This document shows positions 57,766 to 64,000 of a stretch of 64,000 nt of DNA, in pieces. The stretch is from Acidobacteriota bacterium (GTDB taxonomy: Bacteria; Acidobacteriota; UBA6911), in contig JAFGTD010000152.1 of the NCBI GenBank assembly GCA_016934295.1, positions 19,624-83,623 of the forward strand, given 5' to 3'. Under the pieces are notes generated by a model. The model was not told the origin of the DNA. It made no database searches and saw only the letters and a program-made list of their open reading frames with translations. A program made the translations under genes and the position numbers. Each line of letters begins with the position of its first letter. The stretch's first letter is position 1.

Positions 57766-59352
57766 TTATTCTGCGTGTACGCTTTTATTTTCAGCAGGCA
57801 GCTTTGGGATATCCGCCATTTCAGACTTGTAATAATCGGGCCTTACACGCTCAACGATCGCCTGCACCGGCTCATCCAGGTATTTGGTGAAAAACGAAGG
57901 ATAAATCCCGATCCAGAACGCCAGGATAATCAGAGGAACGAAGGTCGCCAGTTCCCGAAGATTCAAATCCGGTAGCGCCTTATTCAGGGGGTTTTCGATC
58001 TTTCCAAACATAACCCTCTGATACAGCCACAGCATGTAGGCGGCGCCCAGAACGATCCCGATGACGGCCAGAGCAGCGTAGATCCAGAGTCCCGGCGCGG
58101 CGAAGGTACCCTGCAGAATCAGAAACTCCCCGATAAATCCGTTCAGTCCCGGCATGCCGATGGAACTGAGCGTCATAATCAGAAAGACTGTTGCATACAC
58201 AGGCATGATATGGCTCAATCCCCCGTAATCGGCAATCAGGCGGGTATGGCGCCGTTCGTATACAATGCCCACGATCAAAAAGAGTGCGCCGGTGGAAATG
58301 CCGTGATTGATCATCTGCAGTATGCCGCCCTGAAGGGCGACCGGTGTGGCGGCAAACACTCCCAGCATGACAAATCCCAGGTGGCTGACCGATGAGTACG
58401 CCACGAGCGATTTCATGTCCTTCTGCATCATGGCGACCAGGGCGCCGTATATGATACCGATCAGCGACAGAATCAACAGCGGTTCCATAAACCGCATCGT
58501 AGCGTCCGGAAACATGGGAAGAGAAAATCGGACGAAACCGTAAGTTCCCATTTTCAGCAGTACGCCCGCCAGGATGACGGACCCGGCCGTGGGCGCCTGC
58601 ACGTGTGCATCCGGCAGCCAGGTGTGAAACGGAAACATCGGGACTTTAATGGCAAAACCGACAAAGAAGGCAAGAAACACCCAGAATTGAAGGTCCGGAG
58701 GAAATCCAAGCTTCTGGAAACCAAGGATATCAAAAGAATAAACCCCCGTTTCCTGGAATTGATGGAAATAAATCGCCAGGATTCCTACCAGCATCAGGAC
58801 CGATCCCGCCAGGGTATAGAGGAAGAACTTTATCGCGGCATACAGTTTTCTCGGGCCTCCCCAGACGCCGATGAGGAAGTACATGGGAACAAGCATAATT
58901 TCCCAGAAAACATAAAAAACCAGGAAATCCATGGCCATGAAAACGCCGAGCATTCCTGTCTGAAGCAGAAGCATGAACGCGTAATACTCTTTAATGCGCT
59001 CTTTGATGGCGGTCCAGGACGAAAGAATGGAGATGAAACCCAGAAGAGTCGTCAGCAGAATCAGCAGCATGCTGATTCCGTCGATGCCGAATTTATAGGT
59101 GGCGCCGATCATCGGAATCCATGAATGCTCGTATATGAAACGGAATCCATCGGGTCCGATATATTCCGGATTATTGAACGCCGTTAAAAGCGGGATGGAA
59201 ATGATGAAACCTATAAATGCGGTGATATTGGCAATCCATTTGACAGCTTGTTCATTCTCCCGCTTTGTGAGCATAATCAAAATCATTCCCACCAGAGGGA
59301 AATAGCAGACTATGTTCAGGATATTGTCCATGAAGAATTCCATCGAATCCAA
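57766..59352 (-). CDS. nuoM: NADH-quinone oxidoreductase subunit M-like antiporter subunit
   Basis: 528 aa, 14-TM NuoM/ND4 family. Confidence 0.85.
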   Translation of the reverse strand: MDSMEFFMDNILNIVCYFPLVGMILIMLTKRENEQAVKWIANITAFIGFIISIPLLTAFNNPEYIGPDGFRFIYEHSWIPMIGATYKFGIDGISMLLILLTTLLGFISILSSWTAIKERIKEYYAFMLLLQTGMLGVFMAMDFLVFYVFWEIMLVPMYFLIGVWGGPRKLYAAIKFFLYTLAGSVLMLVGILAIYFHQFQETGVYSFDILGFQKLGFPPDLQFWVFLAFFVGFAIKVPMFPFHTWLPDAHVQAPTAGSVILAGVLLKMGTYGFVRFSLPMFPDATMRFMEPLLILSLIGIIYGALVAMMQKDMKSLVAYSSVSHLGFVMLGVFAATPVALQGGILQMINHGISTGALFLIVGIVYERRHTRLIADYGGLSHIMPVYATVFLIMTLSSIGMPGLNGFIGEFLILQGTFAAPGLWIYAALAVIGIVLGAAYMLWLYQRVMFGKIENPLNKALPDLNLRELATFVPLIILAFWIGIYPSFFTKYLDEPVQAIVERVRPDYYKSEMADIPKLPAENKSVHAE

Positions 59353-59455
59353 CTCCCTGTATTTAAATCAAGATTGAGACTTTAAGATCCCGCCGATCCT
59401 GTCGATCCTCGGGAGCCCTAACTATGAATACCCGAAACCTGCCCGGATCAAAGAA

Positions 59456-61519
59456 TTAAAAATCAAGCAAACCGTTATAATAAACCAGTATCAATACTAC
59501 AATTCCGAAAACCGCCACTAAGGCATAACGCTGAACCATTCCGGTCTGGAAGGCTGTAAACAGACGATTCAACTGCATGTTTATCCAACCGATCAGGTTG
59601 ACCAGTCCATCGACCACATAGGTGTCGAAAAGTTTTGAGATCGTGGAAATACCACGTGTAGCAGCGGCACTGCCGTTTACGCCGACGCCGTCGATAAATT
59701 TCGAATCGAAAAAGAAACAGATATTTCCAAGATTTTTAGCCCGGTTGACAAAAAGCGCATCATAGAGTTCATCGATCAGATATTTGCGATACACCAACTG
59801 GTAAACACCCCTGATTTTAGCCGTAATCCTGTCCGCCGTGCCGGGTCTGGCCACATAGAAACGATAAGCGATGAAGATACCCAGAAGCGCGACGGCCACG
59901 GATGCTCCCGTCAGCAAAAGTTCCAGGCTGGTTGAATGGGCCGCGTGGTGTCCGGACGCCTCATGGGGCAGATGCAGTACCGGCTCCATGAAATGCTCGA
60001 ACTTGTTGGCAAATCCTGTCCATGCCGGAAGTCCGATCCAACCGCCGATTACCGAAAGCCCGGCCAGCGCCACAAGAGGATAAATCACCCTTTTGGGAGA
60101 TTCGTGGATGTGATGCCTGGTATGTTCGTCCATCCGCTCCTTCCCCCAGAAGGTCAAAAACAGGAGCCTGAACATATAAAAAGACGTCATTCCCGCACCG
60201 ATCCAGAGCAGGGCCCAGATAACGGGATGGCCGTTACTATAGGCCTTCCAGAGAATTTCATCTTTGCTGAAAAATCCGGCAAAGGGCGGGATGCCCGCAA
60301 TCGCCAAAGTGCCTACAAACATCGTCGCGTATGTCCATGGCAGGTATTTCTTCAGCCCTCCCATTTTCAACATGTCCTGTTCGTGGTGCATCGCCATGAT
60401 GACCGAGCCCGAACCGAGAAATAGCAGCGCCTTGAAAAAGGCATGGGTCACAACGTGGAAGATGCCCCCCACGAAAGCCCCGACTCCCAGTGCCGCAAAC
60501 ATATACCCCAGTTGGCTTACCGTCGAGTAGGCCAGAACCCGTTTGATGTCGGTCTGCGCAAAACCGATTGTGGCGGCATAAATCGCCGTAAGCGTCCCCA
60601 CAACGGCAACGATCATCATTGCCTCGTGCGATCTGCTGAACAGGGCATTGCTGCGGCAAATCATATAGACGCCGGCAGTCACCATTGTGGCGGCATGGAT
60701 CAAGGCGGAAACGGGCGTGGGTCCTTCCATGGCGTCCGAGAGCCAGACATAAAGGGGAATTTGGGCGCTTTTGCCGCAGGCTCCGATAAAGAAACAGACC
60801 GTCGCCCAGAAAAGATATCCGGTTCCGGTTTCAACGGGAAGTTCCGCTGCTTTTTGAAAGACTGTTTCAAAATGCAGGGAGCCGAAATGTACAAAAACAA
60901 GCATCATGCCGAGAATAAATCCGGCGTCCCCGATCCTGTTGACAATAAACGCTTTCTTCCCTGCATCGCCTGCGCTCTTTTTTTCGAAATAAAAACCGAT
61001 CAGCAGATAGGAACACAGTCCGACTCCTTCCCAACCCACGAACATCATCAGGTAGTTATTTGCCAGAACCAGGGTGAGCATGGCGAACATGAAGAGGTTT
61101 AAATAGGAAAAGAACCGGTAATACCCGGTGTCATCCCACATATACCCGGTCGAGTATATGTGGATAAGGAATCCCACTCCGGTCACGAACAGAATCATCA
61201 CGGCCGAAAGCGGATCCAGCTGGAATCCCCAGGAGATTTCAAAACCGGCCAAACCCCCTTCGGCAAGTGGAAGCGAGCCGGCGCGGATCCACGTGAGAAA
61301 GTCTTTACTGAACAGTTCTTTGTGCTCTACGAAAAAAAGCTGATAGACAAGGATGATACTGAGAAGGAAGGCCAATCCTACAGAGGCAAGTGCAATCACG
61401 GAAACTATCTTTTTATTGAGTTTTTCGCCCGCATACCACAGCTTGGCTAGGCCTAAAAGACCGATGAGCGCACTCCCGGCCAAAGGCAGGATCGGTATCA
61501 ACCAAATATAATCTAACAT
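59456..61519 (-). CDS. nuoL: NADH-quinone oxidoreductase subunit L-like antiporter subunit (with long C-terminal horizontal helix)
   Basis: 687 aa, NuoL/ND5 family. The C-terminal region (YLIDELYDALFVNRAKNLG...FIDGVGVNG) matches NuoL. Confidence 0.85.
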   Translation of the reverse strand: MLDYIWLIPILPLAGSALIGLLGLAKLWYAGEKLNKKIVSVIALASVGLAFLLSIILVYQLFFVEHKELFSKDFLTWIRAGSLPLAEGGLAGFEISWGFQLDPLSAVMILFVTGVGFLIHIYSTGYMWDDTGYYRFFSYLNLFMFAMLTLVLANNYLMMFVGWEGVGLCSYLLIGFYFEKKSAGDAGKKAFIVNRIGDAGFILGMMLVFVHFGSLHFETVFQKAAELPVETGTGYLFWATVCFFIGACGKSAQIPLYVWLSDAMEGPTPVSALIHAATMVTAGVYMICRSNALFSRSHEAMMIVAVVGTLTAIYAATIGFAQTDIKRVLAYSTVSQLGYMFAALGVGAFVGGIFHVVTHAFFKALLFLGSGSVIMAMHHEQDMLKMGGLKKYLPWTYATMFVGTLAIAGIPPFAGFFSKDEILWKAYSNGHPVIWALLWIGAGMTSFYMFRLLFLTFWGKERMDEHTRHHIHESPKRVIYPLVALAGLSVIGGWIGLPAWTGFANKFEHFMEPVLHLPHEASGHHAAHSTSLELLLTGASVAVALLGIFIAYRFYVARPGTADRITAKIRGVYQLVYRKYLIDELYDALFVNRAKNLGNICFFFDSKFIDGVGVNGSAAATRGISTISKLFDTYVVDGLVNLIGWINMQLNRLFTAFQTGMVQRYALVAVFGIVVLILVYYNGLLDF

Positions 61520-61779
61520 AGTTCCTATCTCGGCTTGAATTGAACTTACTTCCCATAACCTGAAAATACCGGCATATACACAGAAGCGCCCCTATTTATC
61601 GAAGCTTGCCGTTTTTGCCATAAAAACAGGGACTAGTAACACAGCGAAGCAAACGTTGTCAATTTGAATGTTCGCGGATCCATACCACCGGGCTATGGAT
61701 ACTGAATGGCGTTAACCTGAACAGATTCATTATTTACAATAAAACCGCCTGGAGAAAACGGCGTCATCATTCCGGGAAA

Positions 61780-62406
61780 TCAGTTTTCTCTTTCTCTGAT
61801 ATGTATTTCCTGGATCAGAAGATCCCTGTATATGGATTCAACCTGCAAATTGGTCTGTTTCAAGGTTCCCGATGTATCAATTGTGTAATCCGCTAATTTA
61901 AGCTTTTCTTCCATAGGCATCTGGGATTCTATCCGTGCTTTCGCCTCTTCGAATGCCAGATCATCCCGGTCCATAAGCCTGGAAACCTGCAACGCGGGAT
62001 CACAGGACACGACTACCAACCGGTGATAATTATTATAAGAGCCGGCCTCAACCATCAACGCCGCCTCTACAACAATAATTCCTCCGGCCGATATTTTTTC
62101 CAGTGAGAAGATTTTCCTGAGAATCTCCGCACCGACCGCCGGATGTGTCAACCTGTTCAGCAGCAGCCTTTTCTCCGGATCACAAAAGACTATTTTCCCT
62201 AAAATTTTCCGGTCAATGGAACCATCGCTGCACAGGATTTCATCCCCGAACGCTCCAACGACTTTCTTTTGTGTTTTTGTTCCGCGGGCAAGCAGTCCGT
62301 GCACAATCCGATCCGCGTCGATGACATGGGCGCCCAATTCGGCAAACTTCATCGATGCATAGCTTTTACCCGTTGCGATATTCCCGGTCAGACCTACGTG
62401 CAGCAT
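61780..62406 (-). CDS. coaE: Dephospho-CoA kinase
   Basis: N-terminus MLHVGLTGNIATGKS, which includes the P-loop. 208 aa. Confidence 0.85.
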   Translation of the reverse strand: MLHVGLTGNIATGKSYASMKFAELGAHVIDADRIVHGLLARGTKTQKKVVGAFGDEILCSDGSIDRKILGKIVFCDPEKRLLLNRLTHPAVGAEILRKIFSLEKISAGGIIVVEAALMVEAGSYNNYHRLVVVSCDPALQVSRLMDRDDLAFEEAKARIESQMPMEEKLKLADYTIDTSGTLKQTNLQVESIYRDLLIQEIHIREREN

Positions 62407-62487
62407 GGCTGGATAATCCCGATTAAAAGCAGGAGTTGGAAGAAACGTTTTAACGTTGAACGTTTGAACGTTATTCTTCCGGCTTGG

Positions 62488-63465
62488 CTACTGACTACTA
62501 TTCGGCGGTATATCGGCAACGACAATACTATTGGAAAGTTCGTTCACAACGTAAACGGTACGGTTGTCCGGGCCGACGATAATGTTTGTGGGACCTTTAT
62601 CTACTTTAAATGTTTTAGCTTCGAGACTGCTGAGATCCGCCGGAAGGACTGAAACGTTCCGCGAAGCGCTGTTAACGACGAAAACACGGTTTCCGTCAGG
62701 ACTTACAGCCACGCCAAACGGCATTTTCCCGACAGGTATCGTTACAATCGGCCTCATCATTTGGGCGTCGACAACCGACAAATTGTTCGATCGGCTGTTT
62801 GCAACAAAAACCTTTTTACCGTTCGGAGTAATGGCAATTCCATCCGGAGCTTCTCCAACGGCGATTTTTTCAACCACGACCAGCCGTTCCGGATCCACGA
62901 TCCAGACTTCATTATCTCCGCCCATGATGACGTATACCATTTCCGTGATCGGAGAAACCGCGGCCGTGAACGGTGCAGCCCCCATTTTCATCGTCGCCGT
63001 GACTTTTCTATCGCGAATATCCACGATATGCAGCCGGCCTTCCCGACTTCGGCCGTAATCCGTAACATAGGCCCTGTACCCTCGCGGACTGACCGTAACG
63101 GAATTCGGGTATCCTCCGACATTGATGTCGTCGACGACGTGTGAATTTTCCAAATCCACAATGGTTACAACACCCGTATCTTTACAGGCCACCAAGGCGA
63201 TTTTGCCCTCTTCGGCCAGAGCAAAACCGAGCGGAGACGCTCCAACTTTTATAATCTGGTCCACAACCCCTTCCGAAAGATCGATGCCGATCAATTCATC
63301 GGTTCCGAAAGAGGTCGCGTACATTCTTCCCCCATCAGGACTCAGCGCAATAAAGTTTGGTGATTTTCCAACTTTTTTAATTCTATAGGTCTGTTTTGTC
63401 TGACTGAAAACCGGCGCTAAAAAAACAAGAAAAAGAAGGACCGGAATTCCTCTACGTCCCAACAT
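62488..63465 (-). CDS. Secreted YVTN-family beta-propeller repeat protein
   Basis: Signal peptide. Repeated roughly 40-aa units with (Y/F)V(T/V)(N/D) motifs (YVTDYG, VFVANSRSNNLSVVD, VFVVNSASRNVSVL, VYVVNELSNSIVVAD). Confidence 0.7.
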   Translation of the reverse strand: MLGRRGIPVLLFLVFLAPVFSQTKQTYRIKKVGKSPNFIALSPDGGRMYATSFGTDELIGIDLSEGVVDQIIKVGASPLGFALAEEGKIALVACKDTGVVTIVDLENSHVVDDINVGGYPNSVTVSPRGYRAYVTDYGRSREGRLHIVDIRDRKVTATMKMGAAPFTAAVSPITEMVYVIMGGDNEVWIVDPERLVVVEKIAVGEAPDGIAITPNGKKVFVANSRSNNLSVVDAQMMRPIVTIPVGKMPFGVAVSPDGNRVFVVNSASRNVSVLPADLSSLEAKTFKVDKGPTNIIVGPDNRTVYVVNELSNSIVVADIPPNSSQ

Positions 63466-63556
63466 TTTGACACCTCAAATTACTATTTATCAGAAAATTC
63501 AATACCCAGTCCTGAAAGCTCTATCAACAAATGATGAAAATTTATAAAATTTTGGC

Positions 63557-64000
63557 TCATTTTGTCGCAGCTATTAAGCTGAAGACTCCCGAATGAGGGG
63601 AATCCGGGGTATTCAATCCTTGAAGAATCACCTGGCGAAATCCGGCCTCAAACAGCAGCTCAATTATCTCCTCCTGGTCATAATAGACCGCTTCGGCTTC
63701 AGCCTTATTCTTTTTTATATACTCCAGGTACAGTTTTTTCCATTTCGAAGCCCAGGAATTTTTTGATGATGCCGATTCTATTAACTCGGCAAGTATCAGA
63801 TACCCGTTCGGGGCCAGAACCCTCATGACTTCCGAAAGATATTGCCTGGCCGGATGCCGATGAAAATCAAAAATGGATACGGCAACATCCCCATATTCAT
63901 CCGAAACAGGCAGTTTCGGTTCCTGAAACAGCTTGAATTCGACTGTCTGCTGCAGATTCAGCTGCACGGCCCTCTGCTTGGCACGCTCCAGTAATGTGAC
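63557..64000 (-). CDS. SAM-dependent methyltransferase-like protein, partial (N-terminus lies beyond the window end)
   Basis: The C-terminal portion (RVLAPNGYLILAELI) is methyltransferase-like. No SAM-binding GxGxG motif lies within the window, so the gene probably continues past 64000. Confidence 0.4.
   Translation of the reverse strand, partial: VTLLERAKQRAVQLNLQQTVEFKLFQEPKLPVSDEYGDVAVSIFDFHRHPARQYLSEVMRVLAPNGYLILAELIESASSKNSWASKWKKLYLEYIKKNKAEAEAVYYDQEEIIELLFEAGFRQVILQGLNTPDSPHSGVFSLIAATK

Overview
The window is mostly conserved chromosomal core from a moderate-GC bacterium (about 50% GC), with operon content that looks deltaproteobacterial or Nitrospirae-like. (1) Positions 1-25.5 kb, all on the minus strand, hold a large flagellar locus in the order flgB-flgC-fliE-fliF-fliG-fliH-fliI-fliJ-fliK | flgD-flgE | GAF-GGDEF diguanylate cyclase | fliL-fliN-fliO-fliP-fliQ-fliR-flhB-flhA-flhF-flhG-fliA-fliM. 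fliM runs off the left edge. Each of the three sub-operons carries a recognisable sigma54 -24/-12 promoter. An FlrB/FlrC-type PAS histidine kinase and sigma54-dependent response regulator pair sits directly upstream. (2) A second, divergently transcribed sigma54-type response regulator (26.2-27.6 kb) is separated from the kinase by a repeat-rich intergenic region containing a (CAGTGGG)7 microsatellite and direct and inverted hexamer arrays. (3) argH is followed by a roughly 1.4-kb AT-rich islet (29.4-30.8 kb). The islet carries one secreted-protein ORF and is flanked by inverted arrays of a roughly 100-190-bp repeat built from 8-bp-phased ACGTT motifs. (4) Housekeeping genes follow: speA, efp, frr-pyrH-tsf-rpsB-rpsI-rplM, pilMNOPQ (type IV pilus), thiE, ribD, corC-ybeY-7TM-HD, etfAB, acpP, plsX, rpmF, yceD and a TPR protein. 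(5) At 56.05-57.4 kb there is a signal-peptide-bearing gene fusing a degenerate 5'-nucleotidase-like metallophosphatase domain to a C-terminal tetraheme (4x CxxCH) cytochrome c domain. Its reading frame is interrupted only by one in-frame TGA immediately after a Cys (SCG-TGA-AETG), which makes it a strong candidate selenoprotein, or else a pseudogene. (6) The right end holds an orphan nuoL-nuoM pair, coaE, a YVTN beta-propeller protein and a partial methyltransferase. I found no transposase, integrase, CRISPR array, rRNA or tRNA.
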